NCBI GenBank assembly: GCA_044356295.1
Contig: JBIKWN010000035.1
Location: 1 to 23,641 of the forward strand
Direction of reading: 5' to 3'
Source: Bdellovibrionota bacterium
Lineage (GTDB): Bacteria; Bdellovibrionota_C; UBA2361; JBIKWN01
Length of the DNA: 23,641 nt
Positions 9,600 to 18,124 of the stretch are shown piece by piece; the first letter of the stretch is position 1, and each line of letters starts with the position of its first letter. Position numbers and translations under genes: made by a program. The notes beneath the pieces were generated by a model that saw nothing but the letters and a program-made list of their open reading frames with translations, had not been told where the DNA came from and did not search any database.

Positions 9600-10925
9600 A
9601 TGCCTAAACAGAATGAACATTTGCACGCAGAGGATCTTAATCCGCTATCTAATCTAGGTGGTTATGTTGATAAAGTTCTTGGTGGAAAACGGATTTCTTT
9701 GCATACAGAATTACAGATCCAAGCAAACCTAAGGGCATTAGGATTAGGTAGGGAGCAGTCCTCGGATATAAGTCAGCAAACAGAAGATGAAACATCATCT
9801 TCTGAATTTTCTGCATCAGAAGCTGAGATAGAAAAAGCTCGTATTAAACAGCAACGTAAACAAGAACTCGAATTGTTAAAGCAAGAAAAGCTTCAAGCGC
9901 TCCAAGAACAAGAACAAGCATTATGGAATGAATTGAACAGTTTCGCAGAAAGTATTGAAGTAACTGATTTTCAAACAAATGCGAAATCAGAAGTATCAAA
10001 AAGTGGGTTGCGAATTAGGCAGGTTTTCTCTCATGAAGGCGAGATAACTGTTTTAGCAAAAACTCTTACTGGTGAATATAAACTACTTTCTGATTCTCAA
10101 AATATATCGCTAATAAAAGCCTACCCATTTTTGAAAGATGTACAAACCGAAATGAAACCGGATGGAACATCTGCATTGATGCTTACTATTGAATATGCGG
10201 TAACAGTAGGCGGTCAGAGTCGAAATAATATTTCGAACAATAGCCTTCAAAAGAAGTTAAAGGAATTGTCGCAATTGCTTAGCGAAAATGAAGTCTCGTT
10301 GATTAAAGCTATTTCAATCCAGGATATCGTAGACAAAGAACCCGAACCAGCCCCTGTTGAGGAGGAAGTTGAGTTTGCTCAGGTTCCTCTTCCAATAATC
10401 AAGCCAAAAACTCATTTATCTCCAGTTCGTACTCTTGATGAATACGCACTGCACCTTGATGTGCTCGAAGCGTCAAATCAGAATCCCCCATTTGCGCTTA
10501 AAGCTTTTCTGACAAAAGTTAATGAACTTCCATCTGATGGTATATTTCATGTAGCAGGCGAAGCTTCAGAAAGATTTCTTGAGACTGTTGCAGTGGCGCT
10601 GTCATCAGAGAAACATCTAGAGCGTTGCTTGGAAGCTCAACTTCGTATTGTAAAATCATTTTCTGGTGCGCATGGAGAACCTAGTGTGGCTAGTTGGATT
10701 CCTGTTATCGAAGTGATTGCTGTTCTAAAAGCTCTGCAGCATATGCTGATTGAGGAAGATGAGAAGCAACGAGTTGCCAGTAAGGTTGAAAAAGCAAATA
10801 AGGATCTTCGTTATAATCTTAGTAAACTTCAAAAAAACTTATGGTTTAGCGAACCAAACAAAGGTGCTGAAGCTTATTATAAAGCTCTGACTATTTTATT
10901 CGAGCAGCGGTGGAGCCACCTCTAG
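9600..10925 (+). CDS. Hypothetical soluble protein with N-terminal coiled coil
   Basis: Long uninterrupted ORF with an E/Q/K-rich helical segment ('EAEIEKARIKQQRKQELELLKQEKLQALQEQEQALW') and a Pro/Glu linker. ATG 9600 is preferred over GTG 9588 because the latter sits only 2 nt after the -10 box. Confidence 0.8.
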   Translation: MPKQNEHLHAEDLNPLSNLGGYVDKVLGGKRISLHTELQIQANLRALGLGREQSSDISQQTEDETSSSEFSASEAEIEKARIKQQRKQELELLKQEKLQALQEQEQALWNELNSFAESIEVTDFQTNAKSEVSKSGLRIRQVFSHEGEITVLAKTLTGEYKLLSDSQNISLIKAYPFLKDVQTEMKPDGTSALMLTIEYAVTVGGQSRNNISNNSLQKKLKELSQLLSENEVSLIKAISIQDIVDKEPEPAPVEEEVEFAQVPLPIIKPKTHLSPVRTLDEYALHLDVLEASNQNPPFALKAFLTKVNELPSDGIFHVAGEASERFLETVAVALSSEKHLERCLEAQLRIVKSFSGAHGEPSVASWIPVIEVIAVLKALQHMLIEEDEKQRVASKVEKANKDLRYNLSKLQKNLWFSEPNKGAEAYYKALTILFEQRWSHL

Positions 10926-11044
10926 CCCAATATCGAGAAGTAATTTTGTGAAGTCTTGTGAGCAAGTAGTTTATCTACTAATCTAGTTTCGTATTTTAAT
11001 CTATCAAAGAGTGTATTTTAAATTTTTTAATTTTCGGAGCTTCT

Positions 11045-11770
11045 ATGGACCGACGCGATTTTATTTTTTCAAGCTCAGCACTTCTTGCAACGACTACATA
11101 TGTTTCAGGATGTACTTCAGTCCGTGATTCAATAACACCGACTTTTACAATTCCAACTGCAATAAATGGCATATATCAAATACCTCAGTTGACGTATCAA
11201 TATAATTCACTCGAGCCATATATTGATGCAGCAACGATGAAACTTCATCATGATGTACACCATACAGCTTATGTAAAAAATCTAAATGCCGCTGTTGCAC
11301 AATTCCCCGATCTGACAAATAAGCCTCTTGAGGCTTTGCTGTCTGACCTATCAATGGCACCCGAAATAATACGTGAAACAGTGCGTAATCACGGAGGCGG
11401 GCACTATAATCATTCTCTGTTCTGGGAATCGATGAATATAGAAGGAAAGCGATCTCCGGAGGGGGCACTTGAAATTGCATTGAAGAATACTTTTGGAGAT
11501 TTGAAAAATTTTAAAGCCAAATTTCAAGATGCTGGCATGAAACGTTTCGGAAGTGGATGGGTATGGTTAGTAAAAAGTAGGGATGGCTCATTAGAAATCA
11601 TGACGACGCCTAATCAAGATACTCCACTAGCTGAAGGCTTAGTTCCTTTATTAGGTAACGATCTTTGGGAGCATGCTTACTATTTAAAATATCAAAGCAA
11701 ACGTGCTGACTATTTAACCGCCTGGTGGAACGTTGTGGATTGGGCCGTCGTAGAAAAAAGGTTCGTTTAA
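11045..11770 (+). CDS. sodA: Superoxide dismutase, Mn-type, with Tat/lipoprotein-like signal peptide
   Basis: Metal ligand motifs 'LHHDVHH', 'GGGHYNH' and 'DLWEHAYY', plus 'FGSGWVWL'. GGG and 'NQD' indicate Mn specificity. N-terminus is 'MDRRDFI...VSGC'; GGAG Shine-Dalgarno. Confidence 0.93.
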   Translation: MDRRDFIFSSSALLATTTYVSGCTSVRDSITPTFTIPTAINGIYQIPQLTYQYNSLEPYIDAATMKLHHDVHHTAYVKNLNAAVAQFPDLTNKPLEALLSDLSMAPEIIRETVRNHGGGHYNHSLFWESMNIEGKRSPEGALEIALKNTFGDLKNFKAKFQDAGMKRFGSGWVWLVKSRDGSLEIMTTPNQDTPLAEGLVPLLGNDLWEHAYYLKYQSKRADYLTAWWNVVDWAVVEKRFV

Positions 11771-11832
11771 GAGCTTCCTAGCGTAAGATTTTTTTACGTG
11801 GTAGCATATTTTGCCAAAACAAGGAGATAGCT

Positions 11833-13350
11833 TTGGCACACGTAACCCCCGATATTTCTCGTACTTTTGATGAATTTTTGCTCTTACCAGGGCTCACCAC
11901 AAAGAGTCATGTCTCTACTAATGTCAATCTGCAGGTACCAATACAGAAGTTCCATCGAGATACAGGACCAAAAGCTGTACTAAATATTCCATTTGTCTCT
12001 GCATCTATGCAAGCAGTATCAGGGTCCGAACTTGCAATTGCTCTTGCAAGAAAAGGTGGCTCAGCTTTTATTTTTTGTTCACAATCAATTGAAGCTCAAG
12101 CAGGAATGGTAAAAACAGTCAAAGAACACAAAGCTGGATTTGTGGAATCTGATTCAAACCTCTCTCCGCAACATACATTAAAAGATGCAATCGATCTTCG
12201 TAAAAAAACTGGTCACTCAACAATTCCGATTACCGAAAACGGTGCGTTACACGGAAAGTTATTAGGAATTCTGACGAGTAAAGATTTCTGGGAATATAAA
12301 GATGATTTATCGCGCCCAATTGAAGAGTTCTATACTACACTTGATAGACTTGTGTTTGCAGAAGAAGGCATAACACTTTCGAAAGCAACTGAATTACTCT
12401 GGAAAAATAAAAAAGAGTGTCTGCCTATTGTTGATAAACAAGGAAATTTAAAATCATTAGTTTTTCGAAAAGATTACTTCGATCATAAAGCATACCCCGA
12501 TGAGCTTACTGATGGTCGTAAAAGACTTTTTGTTGGAGCCGCGCTTAATACTTTTGACCACGAGGAGCGAGCTCGTGCATTAATTGATGCCGGTGTTGAT
12601 GCTCTATGCTTTGATTCATCGGATGGTTTTACTGAATACCAAAAAGAAGCTGCTCTTGCGCTTCGACAAACATACGGTGATGCCATAGTCATAGGTGGTG
12701 GTAATGTCGTTACGAAAGAGGGATTCCGATTTTTAGTGGAAGAAGCAAAAGTTGATTTTGTAAAAGTTGGTATCGGAGGTGGATCAATCTGCATTACACG
12801 TGAACAGAAAGGAATCGGTCGTGGACAAGCCTCAGCAGTTATTGAAGTATCCGAAGCCAGAGATCAGTACTTTAAAGAAACTGGAATATACGTTCCAATC
12901 TGTTCCGATGGTGGGCTTAATAATGATACACAGGTTATTATTGCTTTAGCGCTCGGCGCCGATTTTGTCATGATGGGGAAATACTTTGCTATGACAGAAG
13001 AGAGTCCTACTGAAAAAGTTTCTCACAGAGGTCGTTTATACAAGCCGTATTGGGGAGAAGGATCAAATCGAGCAAGAAATTGGCAGCGATATCTACAAGG
13101 TAATTCGAAATCTGAGCTAACGTTTGAAGAAGGTGTTGATGCGTATGTCCCTTATGGTGGACCACTTTCAAGTAAAGTAGAGATGTCAGTGGCAAAAATG
13201 AAATCTACCATGTGTAACTGTGGTGTATTAAGTATTAAAGAATTCCATGAAAAAGCAGTGCTTACGCGTGTTTCTGGACTTACTATTGTTGAAGGTGGCA
13301 CATCCTCAGTCGAGCGATTTGATAAGGGAATTGGCGATAGGGACGTATAA
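11833..13350 (+). CDS. guaB: IMP dehydrogenase with CBS pair
   Basis: Motifs 'TFDEFLLLPG', 'PFVSASMQAV', catalytic loop 'KVGIGGGSICITRE', 'SDGG', 'YWGEGS' and 'EEGVD'; CBS insertion present. TTG start with AAGGAG Shine-Dalgarno. Confidence 0.95.
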   Translation: MAHVTPDISRTFDEFLLLPGLTTKSHVSTNVNLQVPIQKFHRDTGPKAVLNIPFVSASMQAVSGSELAIALARKGGSAFIFCSQSIEAQAGMVKTVKEHKAGFVESDSNLSPQHTLKDAIDLRKKTGHSTIPITENGALHGKLLGILTSKDFWEYKDDLSRPIEEFYTTLDRLVFAEEGITLSKATELLWKNKKECLPIVDKQGNLKSLVFRKDYFDHKAYPDELTDGRKRLFVGAALNTFDHEERARALIDAGVDALCFDSSDGFTEYQKEAALALRQTYGDAIVIGGGNVVTKEGFRFLVEEAKVDFVKVGIGGGSICITREQKGIGRGQASAVIEVSEARDQYFKETGIYVPICSDGGLNNDTQVIIALALGADFVMMGKYFAMTEESPTEKVSHRGRLYKPYWGEGSNRARNWQRYLQGNSKSELTFEEGVDAYVPYGGPLSSKVEMSVAKMKSTMCNCGVLSIKEFHEKAVLTRVSGLTIVEGGTSSVERFDKGIGDRDV

Positions 13351-13355
13351 AAATT

Positions 13356-13754
13356 ATGTTGTCACATCCGCACTATCTTGAGCTTTGTCATGAGCTCTGG
13401 AAGAAAGGTTTATCGTATGATTTGCGACCTGGACTCCGAATTGGAAGAGGTTTCTCTGATATTGGGGCTGAAGAGTATTCAGTGCTTAATTATAAAAAAG
13501 CAGTCTCGTTGCTTACCGGAAAAGAAATAGAGCTTGATGAATTTTTCCTAAATTACTATTTCTTTGTTCCAGATGCTGAAGAGCTCGTGTTAGAGCTCTT
13601 TAAAAGAAACATTAATATCGAAAAAATTGAATTTATTGATCAACGTAGTTGGCGTATCGAGATTGAGAATCAGAAGCTACAAAAATTTATTCAAGAAGAA
13701 AGGTCATTGCATCAATGCCTCGCACTTCTTCTTTTGGATCATTTAAAAAGTTAA
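13356..13754 (+). CDS. Hypothetical protein
   Basis: 132-aa ORF packed 5 nt after guaB and 5 nt before maf on the same strand; no family recognised. Confidence 0.75.
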   Translation: MLSHPHYLELCHELWKKGLSYDLRPGLRIGRGFSDIGAEEYSVLNYKKAVSLLTGKEIELDEFFLNYYFFVPDAEELVLELFKRNINIEKIEFIDQRSWRIEIENQKLQKFIQEERSLHQCLALLLLDHLKS

Positions 13755-13759
13755 AAAGC

Positions 13760-14362
13760 ATGTCTCTTTATATAATGAAAAAAGATCTTGTGCTTGCTTC
13801 TGGATCGCCACGCCGAAGCGAGATGCTCACTTCTTGTGGAATTCAGTTCACCAAAAGCGTTGCTGACATAGAAGAAATTGTTTTGCCAAACGAAACTCCC
13901 AAAGCAATGGTCGAAAGACTTTCGATAGAAAAAGGGAAAGTTGTTGCTAAAAAATTCCCCGATAGTTGGGTACTCTCTGCTGATACGACAGTGTCGATTG
14001 ATAATGATATTCTCAATAAACCCGCTGATTTTAATGACAGTATGATGATGCTTAAAAAAATATCGGGTCGTACACACACCGTCTGGGGTGGTATCAGTCT
14101 TACCTGTATTGCTTCTCATGCTCTTGTGACAAAATCTTTTTCATCAGAGGTTACTCTTCGTGAGTTACGTGAGCACGAAATAAAGCAGTATATTAAAACC
14201 GGCGAGCCTGCCGATAAAGCTGGTAGTTATGCAATTCAAGGAATTGGCGCATCCCTTGTTACGGAAGTAAAAGGTTCATATACGAATGTGGTAGGTCTTA
14301 ACCTTGCAGCATGTATTGATATGCTTCGTGAATCAGGAGTGATTGATATTGCAGAATCATAA
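13760..14362 (+). CDS. maf: Maf-family nucleoside triphosphate pyrophosphatase (YhdE-like)
   Basis: Motifs 'LVLASGSPRR', 'SADT', 'KP', 'DKAGSYAIQG' and 'NVVGL'. Start moved from 13715 to ATG 13760 (or 13775) to avoid overlap. Confidence 0.93.
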   Translation: MSLYIMKKDLVLASGSPRRSEMLTSCGIQFTKSVADIEEIVLPNETPKAMVERLSIEKGKVVAKKFPDSWVLSADTTVSIDNDILNKPADFNDSMMMLKKISGRTHTVWGGISLTCIASHALVTKSFSSEVTLRELREHEIKQYIKTGEPADKAGSYAIQGIGASLVTEVKGSYTNVVGLNLAACIDMLRESGVIDIAES

Positions 14363-15050
14363 GTCTTACGAACAGTTTGAAAATATCGTTCAAACAGTAC
14401 ATTCAGCATCTGAGCGTTCTGGACGCGATAAGAGCTCAGTGAAAATCATTGCTGTCTCAAAAAAACAATCAGTCGAAGCAGTTCAGTCGTACATTGATTT
14501 CTGTGCTTCAAAACAGATCGAATGCGAATTAGGTGAAAATTATGTACAAGAATGGAAAGAGAAAAAACCGTTTCTTCGTGGGGCTTATTCTTGTCACGCG
14601 ATCGGTCATTTACAAAGTAACAAAATAAAAGATGCTTTGAGTATTTTTCAAAGTATTCAGACTGTCGATTCTAAAAAAATCATTGACCACATTGTGAAAC
14701 TAAAGCCGTCATCAACAGTACCCATCTGGATTCAAGTCAACATATCGTCTGATGATCAAAAGTATGGAGTATCAAAAAATCAGGTTGAAGATTTAATCTC
14801 ATATTCTGATTCTTTTCCTGAAATTCAAGTGATAGGGCTTATGACTATTACTCGTTCTTATGAATTGGCAGAAGATGCTCGAAATGACTATCGAGAGCTT
14901 ACAAATCTAGCTAAAAATTTGACAGCTTCTTTGCACCGGAAAACACCACTTTATATAAGTATGGGAATGTCAGATGACTTTGAAGTGGCTATAGAAGAAG
15001 GAGCAACCCATGTAAGAATAGGTTCGGCGCTTTTTGGGGCACGTTTATAA
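14343..15050 (+). CDS. yggS: PLP homeostasis protein, YggS/PLPBP family
   Basis: Motifs 'IAVSK' (PLP lysine), 'GENYVQE', 'IGHLQSNK' and 'SMGMSDDFEVAIEEGATHVRIGSALFG'. TTG start (14343 or 14349) after AGGAG, overlapping the maf end. Confidence 0.95.
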   Translation: MILQNHKSYEQFENIVQTVHSASERSGRDKSSVKIIAVSKKQSVEAVQSYIDFCASKQIECELGENYVQEWKEKKPFLRGAYSCHAIGHLQSNKIKDALSIFQSIQTVDSKKIIDHIVKLKPSSTVPIWIQVNISSDDQKYGVSKNQVEDLISYSDSFPEIQVIGLMTITRSYELAEDARNDYRELTNLAKNLTASLHRKTPLYISMGMSDDFEVAIEEGATHVRIGSALFGARL

Positions 15051-15109
15051 ACCCTTGAAATCTGTTATTATCGTGGCCATATATTCGTTTGTAATTTATT
15101 AATACTACT

Positions 15110-15433
15110 ATGCAAATACTTATTGGAAATCTCTTGCTTGGAATAGGTCAAATCCTTCACTTGCTCCTTTCTACTTATATTTTTCTGCTTTTTGGGCGGG
15201 TTATTATCTCTTGGGTGAATGCAGATCCATATAATCCGATAGTTCGATTTCTAATGACGAGCACTGAGCCACCGTTGGCTTTGATTCGCAGGTATCTTCC
15301 AAAGAGTCTTACTCGGTTGGGTGGATCTCTTGATCTGACGCCGCTTTTTTTTCTTATGGCTATCTATTTTTTAGATAGTTTTTTAGTGAACTCACTTATA
15401 GATTTTGGTTTGCAGTTTAAAAGAGGAATGTAG
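15110..15433 (+). CDS. yggT: YggT family membrane protein
   Basis: Motifs 'RVIISWVNADPYNPIVRFL', 'TEP' and 'LDLTP'; next to yggS. Confidence 0.92.
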   Translation: MQILIGNLLLGIGQILHLLLSTYIFLLFGRVIISWVNADPYNPIVRFLMTSTEPPLALIRRYLPKSLTRLGGSLDLTPLFFLMAIYFLDSFLVNSLIDFGLQFKRGM

Positions 15434-15434
15434 T

Positions 15435-15785
15435 ATGCCGACGTATGAATACGAATGTAAGAAATGTGGAGTATTTGAGATAGAGCAGCGCATTACTGAA
15501 GATGCTCTCAAGGTTTGCCCTGAATGTGCTAAGGCGGGGAAAAGTGAAGCTGTAGCCCGACTCATTTCTGCACCTGCATTTCATCTAAAGGGCGGCGGAT
15601 GGTACAAAGATCTATATGCAACAACTAAAAAAGATGATTCTTCGAGTAAGAATACAGCTGAAAAATCGGCTCCTGCGGACAGCGCGCCTGCAAGTTCTGA
15701 GAGTAAGGTTGAGACCCCCAAGAAAGAACCTACTACCCTTAAAACAACAGGTGGTTGTGGTTCTGGTGGATGCGGATGTAATTAA
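15435..15785 (+). CDS. FmdB-family zinc-ribbon protein with Cys/Gly C-terminal tail
   Basis: 'MPTYEYECKKCG...CPEC...RLISAPAFHLKGGGWYKDLY'. Start moved to ATG 15435 (GAGG upstream, 1 nt after the yggT stop). Confidence 0.9.
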   Translation: MPTYEYECKKCGVFEIEQRITEDALKVCPECAKAGKSEAVARLISAPAFHLKGGGWYKDLYATTKKDDSSSKNTAEKSAPADSAPASSESKVETPKKEPTTLKTTGGCGSGGCGCN

Positions 15786-18025
15786 GCCCGATACTTACGC
15801 TCAACGAGCATCATTAAGCATATACCTGCAAGAATATTCGTAGGTAATAAGAATCGCCACTCTGGTGTCATGTCAATTATTAAGTATGGGACAATATAAA
15901 AAAGTGCCGTAGAAGCAACTATCATTACAGCTTTAAAATTTAGAAAAATTGAGATCAAAAGAGAAATAAGAAGGATCAAAATATAAAACAAATGAGAAAT
16001 GAAAATTGACTGATTAAATCTAGCGATAATCTTTAATGAGTAGTTTTTTATAGTAGGAAAGAAACTATCAGATTCGAATCGAAAACTATTCAGGTCAATA
16101 CCTGGATGGGTTATGCTCCCATGATGTCCTGCAAAAAACATTTTTAAGTTGCAAAAGCGATGTTTTAGCCATAAAAGGGGATGATTTTTGATTGCAGTAA
16201 TGAAAGCATCGATGACGAACTGTTTTTCTGCCACAATAATATCGCGATGTAAAAGTGCTTTCTCTTTTTTGTGTGGAAAAATCAAATATTTCCAATCCTC
16301 ACAAAGATAATCATTCATTGCAGAATCAAAAATGCCTATTCCAAATTTTGTATCAAAGTTTTCTTTGAATTGTATTCTCTCTGGATTGTTCGGATCCAAC
16401 CGAACATAGACTCCGAGTGATTGAATGAGGAGTTGTGGAGCAAGTCGTCCAGTTTCATGATGTGCAAAAGGGAGCATTTCAAATAGTTTTGCAGGTATGA
16501 GGCAAAGAATAAAAATGAAACTACTAATCAGTATTTTTTTGATACGATTTGAATATATAAACGAGGGAGCGTAGTAGTAAAATAACAAAGGAGGTAGTAC
16601 GGCAAAAGTAACGGCATTATGTCTAAATGAAATTGCAATTGATGTTGTTATAATACAGAGAAAAAGATATTTTTTTTGCAATGTCTTTTGGTATAGGACT
16701 TGTAATGTTACTGAGCTCAGAATGAAAGTTGTAAGCCAGATATCCTTCCAAAGTGTCACTGAATAGCTCCAGAGGACAGGATGTAGCGAAATGAGGGTAC
16801 AGTAGAGTATCCACCTCCACCTACTTGAGGAAAACATGCTGATGCATGTAAAAAGGCTCCACCAGAATAATACCGACTGTATGAGTGAGAATGTCGCAGG
16901 GGTCGTATCGAATAATTGTGAAACGCTCATTAACATCGCCATAAGTGGCGGATGTCTTGTACCGTAAACATGTTGAGTTGCTTGAAACCATTGCTCTAAG
17001 CTGTCTGTGCTCATGATCGCTGGAAAGAATACGAGCCACCACATTGTTCCTATACAGAGAGCTAAGCCTAATGAGCTCAGAATTCTACTTTTGAATCTTT
17101 TATTCCAAATACTGAAAAATGAAAGAAAAACGACTATAGAAAGTATAGCGGTGATTAAGATCGTGATTATAGTTATAACAGTGGATTTAATCTTTTGTAC
17201 GTAAACTTCAGAGTTAGTATTAGTAATAGTAAGGTTTGTAGAGGAAGTTGTAATTTTATTAACTGTTAGATTTGAGCTGTCAATATTGGTAATTGAAAAG
17301 TTTTCTTTAGTTTGTACTGGATAGTGAAAAGTATAGGTTCTTTGCGTTGTTAACAAATTGGGATTGCAGGTAGTGAGACGAATGGTAGTCATTCTTCTCT
17401 CAGGTGAATATAAATCAAAAGTTTGTTGATTCAACCCAAATTGAGTCGTGATGATTCCGCTCCAGGGATGGGTTAACACTAAAAAATCGATATCTCCTAC
17501 AGCATCAGTTTCAATAAAGCTTGGGGCGTTTCCTGTTGATATAAATACTATACCAAGTGGCGAATCTTTTTGTGTTCGCTCTTCCCACGAGCCACGTAAA
17601 GTTTGACGTATTTTGTCTGGTGACCAAAGTCCAGTTTGATCAGTGATTCCAAATAGCCATACTTCGTTACCTCTTGAAGCAATATTATGATTGGTGTTTG
17701 CAGAGAGTTTGAAAAATGTTTTGTCAGTATTGCTATTAGGATTTTGGGTGAGAATGATTTGATTGAATCCATAGGGCGATAATGACCTGACAATTATACC
17801 AGAGCAATTTACTGGTTGAGTAACAGTTACGTGAAATAAATATTTATCGTTGTTGAAAGCATGACAGGTGTTTGAATTGATGAATTGTATAAGAGTGCAG
17901 AAAATTATTGAAATTATTAGAAAATAATTTCTTTGATACCGAGTTTCATTAGACTCTGTAGAGGGAGTAGATGAACTGAAAAGTAGAGACATATTTAAGA
18001 TTGTTTTATGGTTTGTGAATCCCAA
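15782..18025 (-). CDS. Large membrane protein, DUF6020/GT-C glycosyltransferase-like, with N-terminal extracytoplasmic domain
   Basis: N-terminal hydrophobic segment, about 230-aa polar beta-rich domain, then many TM helices with 'FPAIMSTDSLEQWFQA...HPP', 'LWKD', 'FRHNA' and C-terminal 'EWRFLLP'. Start may be ATG 17992. The function is inferred. Confidence 0.6.
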   Translation of the reverse strand: MGFTNHKTILNMSLLFSSSTPSTESNETRYQRNYFLIISIIFCTLIQFINSNTCHAFNNDKYLFHVTVTQPVNCSGIIVRSLSPYGFNQIILTQNPNSNTDKTFFKLSANTNHNIASRGNEVWLFGITDQTGLWSPDKIRQTLRGSWEERTQKDSPLGIVFISTGNAPSFIETDAVGDIDFLVLTHPWSGIITTQFGLNQQTFDLYSPERRMTTIRLTTCNPNLLTTQRTYTFHYPVQTKENFSITNIDSSNLTVNKITTSSTNLTITNTNSEVYVQKIKSTVITIITILITAILSIVVFLSFFSIWNKRFKSRILSSLGLALCIGTMWWLVFFPAIMSTDSLEQWFQATQHVYGTRHPPLMAMLMSVSQLFDTTPATFSLIQSVLFWWSLFTCISMFSSSRWRWILYCTLISLHPVLWSYSVTLWKDIWLTTFILSSVTLQVLYQKTLQKKYLFLCIITTSIAISFRHNAVTFAVLPPLLFYYYAPSFIYSNRIKKILISSFIFILCLIPAKLFEMLPFAHHETGRLAPQLLIQSLGVYVRLDPNNPERIQFKENFDTKFGIGIFDSAMNDYLCEDWKYLIFPHKKEKALLHRDIIVAEKQFVIDAFITAIKNHPLLWLKHRFCNLKMFFAGHHGSITHPGIDLNSFRFESDSFFPTIKNYSLKIIARFNQSIFISHLFYILILLISLLISIFLNFKAVMIVASTALFYIVPYLIIDMTPEWRFLLPTNILAGICLMMLVERKYRA

Positions 18026-18124
18026 ACGTTCAACTCTATAGAAGAGTAATAACTAAATCATTTTATAGGTAACTTATCAATACATTGACATCTTACCTTT
18101 TATTATTTGGGGATAAATCTAATT

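Noticed and set aside
18077..18090. TCAAT-AC-ATTGA palindrome overlapping a TTGACA hexamer
   Set aside because: Short palindrome in AT-rich DNA; no correctly spaced -10, and it points away from the neighbouring minus-strand genes.
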